DNA of 64,000 nt from Lama guanicoe (lineage: Eukaryota), in NCBI GenBank assembly GCA_013239625.1, contig MU053365.1:1832115-1896114 (forward strand), in the 5' to 3' direction. The notes under the pieces were generated by a model. The model worked only from the letters and a program-made list of their open reading frames with translations. It was not told the origin of the DNA and did no database searches. This document shows, piece by piece, positions 51,040 to 63,572 of this stretch (positions are counted from its first letter, which is position 1; every line of letters starts with the position of its first letter). The translations under genes and the position numbers were made by a program.

Positions 51040-52190
51040 TGCTTACAGCCAGGCTCCTGGATGAACTGTCTGTAAATCACGTCCCCCTTTCGTTTCCTCC
51101 CACTTCACCTTAGCTCACTCTGCTTTCTCTTTTGTCCCCACTGCTCCACCAACCCTGATCAGTTCTCTAAGCTTTACCGAGGACTTCCTTGCTGCACAAC
51201 CCAGGAGCTACTTTTCAGATCTCCTGTTAGTTGACCTGTCAAGGGCACCAGCCAAAGTTCTCAACTCCCTCCTTGCTGGAGCTCTCACTTCTCTTAGCTT
51301 CTGCTACTCTGGTCTCCTCCAAGCTCCCTGGCATCTCCTTGCTGGGTGTTCTTTGGTGGTTTGATCTGATTATTAATGTTTAATATTAACATTAGGTTTA
51401 TAATGTTAAAAATCAGGTTATAACCTGATAATGTTGGATTTCCTCAGCTCCTAGCCTTGAGCCCTTTCTGTAATCAAAATTTTTATCACTTGTCTATGTG
51501 TTGAGGACCAGCCAGTATCTTCAGTCTAGGCCTCTTCTCTGACTTCCACAGATGTGACAATTTAATGAAAAGCTCCATTTCGTTACCTCACAAGCACTCC
51601 GCGGTGTCCTCGCCTATGTTTCCTCTATAGCACTAATCACAGTTTCAGCATATATCTGTGTTATTGTTGGGCCAGTGTAAGTCTGGCCCATGACACTGAC
51701 ACCCCTTGAGAGTAAGAAACATCTGTTTTGTTCAGCACTTTGTGTGGAGTAAATTTTAGGTCAGGATCCAAATATCAATTCACTGCACTTCAGGTGTGTA
51801 GTCCTTTTCTGGCCCTCAAATACTTCCCTCACTTTCAGGGATTTTTCACTTGCTGTTAACTCTATCTGAACTGCTCTTTATCCCTACTTTCACGTGGCCG
51901 GCTTCTGCTCATCATTCAGGGCTCAGCTCAGATGTTACTTCCTCAAGCAGGCTTTTCCTGATGATCTGATCTAAAGCGGCCCCCTAACTACCCCCCAGGC
52001 GCAGCGCTTTGCAACGCGCTAGGCTCTTCTCAACTGGCTTCCTCGTTTATTTGTCCCAGGAGGACAAAGCCAGGCCCCTAAGGAGGAGAAAGCTGATCTG
52101 CAGTGTTCACCAGGGCAACTTCTTGTGCCTCACGCGTAGTATCAGCTCAGGAAAGTTATTCTTGTTTTAAAATAATTAACAGAAATTTTC
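51040..52190 (+). mobile_element. L2 fragments
   Basis: Pyrimidine-rich L2-type motifs (CTCATCATTCAGGGCTCAGCTCAGATGTTACTTCCTC). Confidence 0.7.
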
Positions 52191-52496
52191 TTTAACCAAC
52201 TTATAGAAGCATTATATGAAAGCAAGTGAGAGATGATGTGTTACTGGGGGTGTGGGAAGACCTTATGGAGAAAGAAACGGTTGAATTGTGACTTCTAAGA
52301 TACAGAGGACAGTAACCGCCAGAGCACGGGGGTGGGAGTGTCCCGTTCCAGGCTTGGGGAGAGCTGCAGCTCAGGCCCAAACTGGACAATCAGGGCTTTT
52401 GTCCCCCATGCCTGGCAAATAGGTCAACATGACTAGAAGGAAAATAAAGCTGAAAAGTTACATTAAGATTATACTGTATGAGGGCTTGCATTAGAA

Positions 52497-53166
52497 TATG
52501 TGCACTAAGGGTTAGAGCAGGCAGCTAGCTAAACATGAGCAGAGAAAGGGGGACACAGGCCAAATGGCAGGAACTGGGCAGGAAGGAGGGGCACAGGCCA
52601 AATGCGGGAAGCCATACATCAGGTAAGCACCAGGGGTCCCTGGGCAGAGAAGGAAAAGCAGGAATCTCTGGGCTGATAAGTGGTCAGATATTTTGGGGTG
52701 ACAAGCGCCCTGGAGGCCAACAAAGAAAGGTGGGAAAAAGCAGGAATGTCCAGTGTCTGAATGTAACGTTTTGCTCATTATGCCCTCATTTCAATAAAAC
52801 TAGCCTTGCAGATGAGAAGTACCCATCATGCACTGACACCATAACACTTCCCATCCAGACTAAATAAGGACACAAATCCCTCCTCCCCTCAGGAAGGAGG
52901 GGCTGGGATGGAAATCAGGGAATATGACCCCAAACCCTTCCCTCCCCAATGAATATTCCGCCCATTCATTTTTACACCCTATGTAACCAACTTGCCAAAG
53001 AAACTCCAGGCAGCTGCTCACCTGAGCCTGCCCGCTCTCCCCTTGAGAGTGGACTATCCATCCCTTAATAAATCCCCATTTTACTTTCTTAACCTCTGCG
53101 TCTTGTCTCTGAGTTCTTTCTGGGACGGGGCAAGAAGCTGGACACTGGTTACATCTACTAGCAACA
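52497..53166 (+). mobile_element. Solo ERV1-type LTR (about 670 bp)
   Basis: Ends in ...AGCAACA. U3 contains repeated CACAGGCCAAATG and AAAGCAGGAAT; AATAAA at about 53067; U5-like GAGTTCTTTCTG. Interrupts a minus-strand L2. Confidence 0.82.
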
Positions 53167-53189
53167 GAAGGAGCATAAAAAGAAAAGGA

Positions 53190-53760
53190 ACAGGACTGCA
53201 GCCTGATCAGATCTGTGTTTTAAGAAGATAAGTCAAAAAACAGTGTAAAGAATGATGGCTTAGAGACTAAAATTAGAAAGTTAGGAGATGATTGCAATAT
53301 GCCAGGAGAAGAGTGGAGCCTGATTTTTGGCTTTGAAAAACTAAAAGAGGTGGTGCCCAAGAGAACCCAGAAGGCTTTGTTTGCTAACCGCATGTGCGTG
53401 TAGAATGGAGGATAAGAAGTTTATAATCTGCTTTGATAACACTTACGGTGCTAAGGAGCTTAGTAGCTGGAAAAAGTTAGAGTGGTTGGGGAGATGAATT
53501 AAGGTTTGGAGATAAGTGTTGATGATTGCTGGATATATGAGTTCAAAGGTGCGGCTGATAGTTAAGTGTTTGGGTCTGGAATTCAGAGAGGGGAGCAGGG
53601 CTAGAAATGAATATTTAGGAACCGTCACCACATATGTGGTACTTACAACAATGGATGAAACTTCCCAGGGATGAGAATGAAAGGAAAGAGAGGCCATAGC
53701 TAATAACTGATCATTGGTGGAAGTTTATGTAAAAAGGAACTGGAAAAGACAAAAACTCTG
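53190..53760 (-). mobile_element. L2 fragment
   Basis: GATCAGATCTGTGTTTTAAGAAGAT...GGGTCTGGAATTCAGAGAG. Confidence 0.65.
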
Positions 53761-55319
53761 AGGGAGAATACACCAACAAAGAAAAGGAGCAGAATTCAGC
53801 TGAAATATATGACTTGCGTTTCAATGAAACCCTCTTACTATTCTTAGAAAGACGATTGTAAAAGGCAGTGTCATATGGTGCAGACAGCTTTAAATGATCA
53901 AATTATTCCCATTTAACTGTGAGAGCTGATGACTTTTTAATGTCAAATGTAAAGGTTGTTAATTCTGCCAAAAATGCAATAGCACATTGGACCTTTCACT
54001 TAGAACTTCAATGACATCCGTGTTGATGTTTTGTGTGCTAATCCCTATTTAATGCAACCTTTCCAAGGACAACTGGAAATCTTACCAATGCATAGAATTT
54101 TAGAACATTTCCTAAAAATGGGCAATATATAAATTTAAATGGTCAGAGCAGTGATTTTTGAATCTTTATGATGAGAAATTTTTGCCTATATGCACTTTGC
54201 ATCTGTCCTCAAATTCTAAAAGTGTGCCTGTGTTCCCCTAAATTTTAACTTAGGAAAAAATCAAGGATGCTCAATACGACTATTTTTTTTTTTTTTTTTT
54301 GAGGCTGACACTGCAGATAAACGGCCTATTTGGGTTACAGTGGTATTTCATCCTAGGGAAGCAGAGGACATAGATTCAAGATGCATTCTGTTGTGATGAT
54401 ATCTTTAGTTGTGAATTCTTCCATTTGGAATTCATAATTACAGTGTCCCTATACTCGAGGTTATTCTCAGCATTCAACCCTCTGATAAATCTGTCTACAC
54501 AAAACGGCAGCTGGTCCACTGGCAATTGAACTGCTTTTGGTGACATAATTTCACGATGTTTTTTAGAGTTTCTGAAAGAGAGCAGCTGCCCAGAGCTGTA
54601 GAAGCATTGCGCATGGGTTACTTTGCTTACATTTTCTCTAGGGACAAGGAGGCTGTATGGGGTGACAGTCGGTGAGAATTGTCAGGTAAAAATCATCTCG
54701 TGGAAAATATCCCTTTGCTGGTTTTACTTCCCATGCTTAGTAGAATTACAAGCATTGCTATTGAGGGAAAAAAAGCGATAATGAAGTGATCTGTATAGAA
54801 CAAGAAAGAAAAATCAGATTTATCTAGAGTCTTTTTAAAATTCAGCCCTCAAATGAGACTATGATAGAAAAAGAAAAAAATAAAATAAAACAGATGGAAA
54901 AATCCAGGTGGTCTGAAGGCAGCAGCTATTCTAAATGGAATTAATTCTCTTAGCACACTTTCAGGTTAGGTTTTATGAAATCTATTTGTTTCACACAAAA
55001 GGAGAAACAATTTGCATCTGACCTTGTAGTGGAAAAGACTCTGCTGATTTTAGGGCAGCAAGAATTGAATGTGAACCATAGAATTATTACTCTAACCCTT
55101 GCTATTTTGAACATCTTCTAAATGATTCCAGCCAGTTTGTCTGACCCAAGGGAATAACTTGCTTTCAAAATCCCCTGGCAAATCCTGCCTTATTGGAAGT
55201 CGTTAAACAAGGGATGAATGGATACATTTTCTACAAACAGTCCAGAAACAATTTCGTACTGACCTTATCCTAAATCACCAAAGCGCACAACTGTGAGAAA
55301 TCAAAGTGACTGAACAAAT

Positions 55320-55570
55320 ATAAAGGGAAATTTCCGTGATGATGAATTAGCTTTGCATTTTGATTGTGGTAGTGGTTACACAAATGTGCATATGTGATAA
55401 AACTGTATAGGGCTCTGTGTAAACACCGCACCATTGTTATTTTCCTAGTTAGGTAGAGTTTCCCCATGCAATCATTGGGGAAGACTGAATGGAGGGTACC
55501 CAGGGCATCTCCGTACTACCTTGGCAACTTCTTGTGATTCTATAATTATTAAAAAAGTTAAAAGTAAAAA
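55320..55570 (+). mobile_element. L1MC-type 3' end
   Basis: TTGATTGTGGTAGTGGTTACAC...CATTGGGGAAGACTGAATGGAGGGTAC. Confidence 0.8.
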
Positions 55571-55682
55571 ATGTGACAATGAGTATATATATGTTCATGT
55601 ATAACTGAAAAATTGTGCTCTACACTGGAACTTGACACAACGTTGTAAAATGATTATAAATCAATAAAAAATGTTAAAAAAA
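55571..55682 (+). mobile_element. Young camelid-type L1 3' end stub
   Basis: Nearly the same sequence as 33978-34090; sits in the A-rich tail of the older L1. Confidence 0.9.
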
Positions 55683-55949
55683 GTAAATATAGAAAAATAA
55701 ATGGAAAAATGTCAAAAAACTCTTCCCATCACATTTCACATGTCTCATCCTTCTCATCCACTAGATTTCAACTTAATTTTATCACGTCCATAGAGACCAC
55801 TTGACTAACGTCCCTACCTAAAGTCATTTCCTTCTATCTTCCATTCTGCCAGTATTTTTCTTTATCTCAGTCCCCTCCTTTCCTCCTTCATTGCACTTCT
55901 CAGCACTTATGTATTTCTATGCTCATTGGTTTCCTTGTTTGATAAATGT

Positions 55950-56500
55950 CCATTCATTCTCCACTTAACAAATATATACCAAGAACCTACTATGTACCAT
56001 GCCCTGTTTTAGATATTGAGAATATAGCAGAAAAGTCAGAAAGGATCCCTGGCAGACAGATAAGGTCCCTAAATATATACATAGCTAAGAAAAATATCAA
56101 ATAGCAGCACATTTTGCAGAGAAATAGAAGATGGTAATGTAATAATTATTAGATGGCCACTTAACATTGCATTAGTAAACTGTGCCAGTGAGGAGCAGTG
56201 AGGTAGTGTTTGAGCAGAGACCTGAATGACAGAGAAGGAGTCAACCATGCAAAAATCTGAGTGGCGTGGGGAAGAGGAAAAGGGCGTACACCCAGGCAGA
56301 GGGGAAAGCAAGTACAGTGGACTGGGAAAGCCCTGGGTGTTTTCAGTGGTTCAGAAGGAAGCCAGTGTAACCGGAGTGGAGTCAGTGAGGAGGGACTGTA
56401 GGAAGTCAGGTGGGAGAGGTGTGAAGGAGGCAGGTCACACAGGGCTTTGAATGCCGGAGTAAGAGCTGTACAGCAGAGCCAAGGAGAGCCGTGAGCTCTC
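55950..56500 (-). mobile_element. L2a-like 3' fragment
   Basis: CATTCATT...AACAAATAT...CCTACTATGTACCA; TTTGAGCAGAGACCTGAATGA. Confidence 0.85.
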
Positions 56501-56949
56501 GGTTTTGTCATTTCTCAGTCATCATGGATGCAAACCTAGAAACCTTTGCTCATGAAATAAAGTCTAAGTTATGATAAGCACTATTTTTGGTGAAATTTAA
56601 TTATGTGCTGTACCTCTTGAGAAATATGGAACCTTATCCCCTTTGGCGAACAGTTTCTTTTAAACTTTCTGCAAGCCTTCCTTTGTGCTCTAAAAGTGAC
56701 AGTACAAATTCTAAGTTGTCTTCTTCAAGAGATGTGGTGGCCACAGAGAACTTTCTTCACTTGGTGGCCATGGGTAGACTTTAGATGTGTCTGAAAAATT
56801 AAATCCAGGTGGCCCTAGAGGGTCTGAGTCCAATGGCTTTGCTTCAGTCAAATGCTCTCTGGAGCGGAGACCCTGAGAACCACTGGGGATGCCACACCAG
56901 CTCCTCCGCTGTCGACCTTATAGCTCACACTCAAAGTGCCGCAGGCATT

Positions 56950-57170
56950 CGTTTCATCAATACCTCTTTACTGAGCTCCCACTGTGTTCCAGGCAAAGAA
57001 GTGTACAAATAAGGTATTGTTCTTATGGAGCTAGTGTTTCATTAGGGAGAGCCAAGCAATGTAAACTGAAATTAAAATAAACACAGTTTCTGATAGCAAG
57101 AATTCTGTCATGAAAATGAATCAGTTCATGTGATAATTAGGAGAAGACTACTTTAAACAAGGGGGGTGTG
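56950..57170 (-). mobile_element. L2 fragment
   Basis: TTTACTGAGCTCCCACTGTGTTCCAGGCA. Confidence 0.6.
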
Positions 57171-57884
57171 CAGGCCAGGTATCGCTTCCCTGAGGGACTG
57201 CCACTGCCACTGGGAATGCGTGAGGCAGGGTATCTGGTCCCCCCGCCCCCAAGTCAGCTGTTCTGGTTCACATGAAAGAATAAGTGCGGTCAGAGCAAAG
57301 GCAGGGAACGTTCATGTTTGCGTTTTAAGTTCTCCTCTAAGTCTCCTTTATAACGTTTGAAACAAGTATGGAGATGCCACTTGATTAACAGGATTGCAAG
57401 ACAATTCTCTGCCATCGATGCGCAGAGATCTGAAGCCTGGCAGAGTCCCCTTGGTCAGGCCCCTCCAGCACTCTGCTGCAGGGCACCCCTACTCATCTGC
57501 ACCATCCTTTCAACGTGACCCTTTGCTTGAGGGGACTGAGATGCAGTGATGACAACCTGCATATCCCTTAAATATGACTGCGGAGACTGCAAACCAACTC
57601 TTAAAAGGGAGCACGGTTGAATAATGTATTTGCAATAAAAAAAAGGGCAAAACCAAAATCCTGGCATAAACAAATATAATTTTTGGATATTCTGAATATT
57701 CTTGTTTATACTTTGTTGGTTTTTTGTTTTGTTTTTATAACAGGTTTTGATTGCATGGGGCCGAGCAGTTTCAGCCACCATCAGCTAAGGCCTGCATGGT
57801 CCCAAAACAAGAAACAACATGGACTGACAGGAAGGGCACGGCTGCAGTGACAGACACTTACATGCTCACAGGCTTAGACACTTA

Positions 57885-58075
57885 CATGCTATATGGCTAT
57901 GGGAAACTTACGAACCTCTTTGAACCTCTGTTTCCTCATCTGTAAAATGGTGATGCTTACATGTACATCATGGAATTATTATACAGATTAGAGGTAATGG
58001 CTCTACAGAACTGATTACCAAACTTGGCTCAAAAAAATCACTCCTTAAAAGACAGTCATTGTAAATAATATTATT
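57885..58075 (+). mobile_element. MIR
   Basis: AACCTCTTTGAACCTCTGTTTCCTCATCTGTAAAATGG. Confidence 0.85.
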
Positions 58076-58584
58076 AAAATCAATGGTGATTGTTGACTAA
58101 GCCTTTTTATCACTTTCCATATATGGCCATTGATGTTTGGCAATTGTTTGAGAATCTGCAAGAATATGGCATATGATCGAACTCTGACAAACTAGAGTAA
58201 AGGCATATTTACAAACATTGGAATCATGTAATTGACATGATTGGTTGCAGCGCTCTGTATATTAATTCTTCTAAAAGGCATTTATGGTTTCCCCCCTGCC
58301 CAAATCTCCCTGTAAAACCAGTCCAATTGGAATCACTCACTGACACATCTCCTTATTTTTTGGATACTGTGCTGAGTATCAAGTTATTCAAGTTATTGTT
58401 CATTTACATGAACTTAAGGTAAAAAAAAAACACTTTGAGCAAAAATACATTCTTAGCATTGCAGATAATTAATTCTACCTGTTATTGGTCCAGAAAGAAT
58501 GACAATGGGCCTCCCCTTCTCAGATCCCAATTCCTGGGAAAATGTTTTGGAGAATTTCCTGTCACTCTTCTAAGGGTAAATTAT

Positions 58585-58790
58585 GAGGTCTGTGCTACAT
58601 GCTCAGTTTTAGTCATAATCTCATTTAATCCTCACTGCAACCTTGTGGGGTATGTACTATTATTATTCTTATCTCATAGAGGGGAAAACTGAGGATCAAG
58701 ACTTTGAGATACCTTTGCTAAAGGTCACAGCTCGTTAGGAGCTTATCAGGGGTAGAACAAATATTCATCCACTCTAAGATTAGAGCTCAG
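58585..58790 (-). mobile_element. MIR
   Basis: ATCTCATTTAATCCTCAC...GAAAACTGAGG...AAGGTCACAGCT. Confidence 0.85.
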
Positions 58791-59284
58791 GAAAATGGTA
58801 AAGCACAAGGTTTTCAGTGGCTTGATTTTATCTGTGTCAGTTCTGTAGATTCTTGAAAGGACTGTGGAAGGCATATTGCAAGTTCCATTTCTCCAGTATG
58901 TGGAGTGAGGACATGTAATTGGAGGATGATGGAGTCTGGCACCTGTGAAAGGGCCCCAGTGGGGGAAAAAAAAATGTATTCTCCCACTGCATCTTAGTTG
59001 AAAAGGGGTCAAGTTGAGTTATGAACCCTAAAAATTTCCCCAATTCCTCTAGAGACCTGGTACAAAATCTAGGGCTTTGTCTAAAGGAAAAAGAATGCAG
59101 ATATTCAAAACCAGAGAGAACATAATAGGGGGAAAAATAAATATTAATAGATACATTGAGAGAGTAGGCAAATGAAAAGTGGATCTTCTCTATATAAATC
59201 TAAAATTGCACTTGGTCAAAAGTTACTGATAAGGGCTTTATCATGGACTCCACATGAAGATGATTTGGTAACTAACATGTCATC

Positions 59285-59620
59285 TGAGAAATTTGTCAAA
59301 TATTTGATTAATATGTTAGATGTTTCAGTAGTACTGAGAATAATTAAGGAACCAAAGACACTTCCTACCCTCATGGAGCTCACATTCTAATGGGACAGAC
59401 AGACAATCAAAAAGGCAGTTCTAATACAGAGTGGTATATATAGTATATCATACAGGATGTACAGGAGATTATGGAAGCTCATAGTAAGGAAACCAAACTT
59501 TTTTGTAGATCCTGGAAGGATTATAGGAAAAAGAGACATTTACACTGGGGCCTGAAGGATGAGTAGAAGTCAGTCGGTCTAGCAGTGTGAATGATAAGGT
59601 GCATGTACCTGGGGGTGGCG
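59285..59620 (-). mobile_element. L2 fragment
   Basis: CCTACCCTCATGGAGCTCACATTCTAATGGG; CCTGAAGGATGAGTAG. Confidence 0.75.
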
Positions 59621-60271
59621 AGTGATTGGCATACTGATGTCTTGGCTCCTGGGGATATACCAGGAGAAGTGAGAAATACAACTCCTTCCCCCAGCTCTGG
59701 GAGAACAGGGGCCATACCAGTTTATACACAAGTGAGCTCACTGCCTCTCTACCCGTTTCTCCAGTCACAGGTTTGGAGGAAAGTAAGGAGACTATGTGTA
59801 AAGCCTGTCAACAGGGATTATAACAAATGTTTGCAGAACAGGAGAGGATGGATGATAGTTCCTTGAGTGAAGAAACAGTAAATGGCCTTAATATTGAGAG
59901 ATGAGGACTTTTCTTAGAGACACTGGATAGAACCAGAGATTGAGGTTTATATAAAATGCTAGGAGACTGACATTTCACTCCAACATAGCACCCATGAGAG
60001 GTGATGGGACCTCTGAATAAGTTGTATATGGATACAAGGATGAAGGTAGGGAGGCATAGCGTGTGATCAGGAATGAGCACGAAGCCCCTTGGTCTTGATA
60101 GCTAAGGCTAAGATCCCTTTACCCACTCTTGTCATACAAATATTGGTGCTTTCCAGGTTAAGTGGGTCACATGAATTCAGACAATAATGAGCATTTGCAG
60201 GATGACCACAATAACTAAAACCAGGGCCCCTCTCATGGTTTTTCAGCACAAAGTAAACCTAGGATTATTTT

Positions 60272-60693
60272 TATGTTGAGAATTATGTTTTATTCAGTGG
60301 ACTTACTGAAGACTTAAGCCCAGGAGACAGACTCTCAGATAGCGTTGAGGGACCGTTCCAAAGAGTTAAGGGAGGAGCCAGGATATGTTAAGAGTTTTTG
60401 AAAAGAAAAAAAAACCCCAAAACAAACAAACAAACAAACAAACAAACAAAAAACCCAAAAAAAACCCAGTTAGTTGGAACATCAAAAGATTTAAAGAAAA
60501 CCAGACATCAAGTTATGAATTTAGTTTTTCTATGTATACGAAGATGCAAAAGTCTAGGACAATTGTAATCATTCCTTTCATATGCACCTTAACTATCTAG
60601 GGCCAGTATCCTTTTCTTCTCCATCCTGAATTCCCCTTGGGGCACACCAGCAGGGAATGGCTACAGTGGCTAATGGCTTGATGGTGGACAACA
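60272..60693 (-). mobile_element. Truncated MER41-like ERV1 LTR flanked by an 18-bp direct repeat
   Basis: GTTGAGAATTATGTTTTATT...GGGAGGAGCCAGGATAT...AACTATCTAGGGCCAGTATCC resembles the cetartiodactyl MER41-like LTR; contains internal (CAAA)n. Confidence 0.8.
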
Positions 60694-60899
60694 TAAACCT
60701 GGAATTATTTTAAACCCAATGGAAAGTGGCTCAAATAATGACTGACAATGAATTTCCCAGGAGCCAGGATAGGTTTTAAAATCAGATTTAATTTGAATTA
60801 GAAACATTTAAAAATACATTTTGCTCCAAAAAGTTGGTATAATTCATTTCATACCTCAAGGGAGAACATGGCATATGTTGTGAACTGAAAGTAATTCAA

Positions 60900-61900
60900 A
60901 GTCTTATGGATATAGTGTCATCTAAGCTAAAAGCTGTCAGATTATTTGGTAGCAAACTAAGACAGAAAGGAGGTGGAAAGTTATCTGGGTAAGAACATCT
61001 CAGGCTTAAAAAAATGTGCAAAATTAGCAGAAGAGAGAGTATGGCATGTGTGAGTACCTTGAGGAAATGTGGCATATACCTCAAGTGCCAGTAGCATCTG
61101 GACAACCATGTCTAAAATACAGAAGAGAGAATTAGGTTGGCGAGTTTGTATTTTTCAGTATATACATGGTAACAGAAACCATGAGAATATCTAGAAAGAG
61201 GGAAAGGACCTAGGGCAAAAGTATTAATATTTAAAGATGGGCAGGGAAGGGAAGCCTCCAAAGGAGACAAAGAGAGACACTAGAAGAATAAGAAACAAAT
61301 AGGAGAATGCAGAATCATTTATGCCAAAATACAAATGTTTCCAAGAAAGGATTGTTGTTAACCTCATCAACTCCTGTGAAGTTCCCAAATAAGGCAAGGA
61401 ATGAAGTCTCTTTGTCATATTTAACAACTAGAATGATTTTGGTCACCTTGGCAAGCACAATTTTCATGTTGTAGTTAAGGCACAAGCCAAATTACAGTGG
61501 GCTTTGCACTGGATAAGATGTGAGGACATAGAGAAAGAAAGTGTCGATCACTTTTCAAAAGTTTTGACTAGAAAGCAAAATAAAGAAAAAATATAACACC
61601 TTGAGAGTGATGTGGGTTTCAAAATTGTAGTATGGAGACCGTATCTCTGGCATTTATAATGAAGTTATAATTTCCTATTTTAAAATGGAAATTTCCTAAC
61701 TAAAGCGCATCATTTTACACAATATGAGTATGTGTTAGAGAAATGTAGTAAGGATCTTTTGTATGTATAATGTTACACTAAGTATTATCGGAGAGAATGA
61801 ATTTATTCAACCTAGATTTATTGAGTGTGTGCTATATGCCAAATACTGTTTTGGTTGCTGGTGGATATAGAGGTGCAAAAGACAGTGTCCTCCTTCTCAT
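60900..61900 (-). mobile_element. L2 fragments
   Basis: TTGGTCACCTTGGCAAG; ATTTATTGAGTGTGTGCTATATGCCAAATACTG. Confidence 0.6.
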
Positions 61901-63516
61901 AAAGTTCCAAGGCTGTAGGGGATAGGGTTGTGTATTAGCAGTCCCAGCTTCTGTGTAAACCATATTATTTCCTGAATTTAGCCATGGCTAGGCTTGGTCT
62001 AGTTAGAATAGAATTCCCAAAGTCTATGGACACGAAAATAGCAGAGTGCTTGTCTCAGGGACGATTCTCTAGCCTATTTCAGTAAATTGATTTCTGAGCT
62101 CTGGGTTAGAGGAGGTTACAAGAAGAAACTGAAGAAGCCATGAACACAAGAACACAAGAATACTGAGGACTCTGGAAAACATGGAGCAGCCTCTAACATG
62201 TCAGCAGCAGTGGTAGTTGACAGGAGAAAAGCCAGAGAGGAAGAGGACGTCACATGGTAGCTATCAGACAGAAGCGGAGGTCTCATTTATAAACACTTTA
62301 CTGATACTTTCAGATGTTAACTGAGGGCAGGATGTTTGTAGAGGTCTGGAATTGGAATCAGTAGCTTAAAAAGAGAACCAGCAATATATAGCTTACTCTT
62401 GTTATTTTGATTTCATTTAACGATAAGCCCAGAAATACATAGGTCACACATGCAAACAAATGACCACAACACACAGCAGAATTAAATATACATTAGCAAG
62501 AGGTGCAAAGTAATTAAGAGAATGAAAAAAAAAATGCAAGATGTAATTCCAAACAGATGAACAGAGATTGCTTTAGGGAGGATGTGGTATTTGGCTATAG
62601 TAAAAAGATAGGATTATTTCCTGTGATGTCATAGTCTCGTTATAAAACTATTGCACATAATTGGCACCAAGTAAATCGTTGTTACACGAAGCCATTTTGA
62701 AGCAAACTGAGTAAACCCAGAAGAACGATATGAATGGGAGAAATGGGGTTAATTTGGGAATGCTTCTTCACAAGGGCTTCATCCACTGAAAGGATTTTCT
62801 GTCCTAGGAAAACACTAGGAGGAATTGCTTCGCAGAACAGAAAGCAATGAACCGATTGTAACTGGAATGTGGGAAGCAGGAGGAAGGGCTGCAGCTCAGA
62901 AGGGCCCCTGAATGGAATTTGAATTTTATTCAGAAAGCTGCTATTTGACCTCAGCATTTTAGAACCTAAAATATACTCACATTTTTTTTAACCTTATCCT
63001 GGTTTTCATTCATTTTTAAACCATCTCAAAAGTGCAAACTCATTTCTATTTGCATTTGTGTTCCCTGGATAAAGCCTTGATTCATAGCACAGAATAAGAA
63101 TCAGACCAAGTCATATTTGGAATATAAGGTTTTATACTTTCAAAGAGACTTACAGTTTTTAATTTAGAAAATGTTCCTATGAGATGCTGATTTTTTAAAC
63201 CTGCTTTTACATTTAAATGGGAGTTAAGCTATTTTTCCCCCATTCAGGGATAAACCCTTTAAGGGAATTTAAATGCATTTGCAAACGTACATGGAAGATT
63301 AATACAGGCCTGAACCTTTAAACTTTTTAAATAACCTTACTAAATATTAATTTATAAATTTCCGTTTGAAATTTTTAAAAGTTCAATGAGCTATTTATAG
63401 CAACTGATACTTAATTAAGATAAAGGCCAATTCAAAATAGCTTTATTTTTTTGAAAGCTAGCCAAAATATTTGAGGCAAATTTCATTTGAGACTGCTTTC
63501 AACTTTTGAAGTCCAG

Positions 63517-63535
63517 TATATATATATATATATAT

Positions 63536-63568
<33 letters not shown>
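63517..63568. repeat. Interrupted (TA)n microsatellite
   Basis: Seen directly in the sequence. Confidence 0.95.

Positions 63569-63572
<4 letters not shown>

Noticed and set aside
52535..52867. 110-aa ORF
   Set aside because: It lies inside an LTR U3 region and has no gag, pol or env motifs.
61930..62300. Possible old ERVL-type LTR
   Set aside because: Only a TGTATTAG start suggests it; the evidence is too weak to call.
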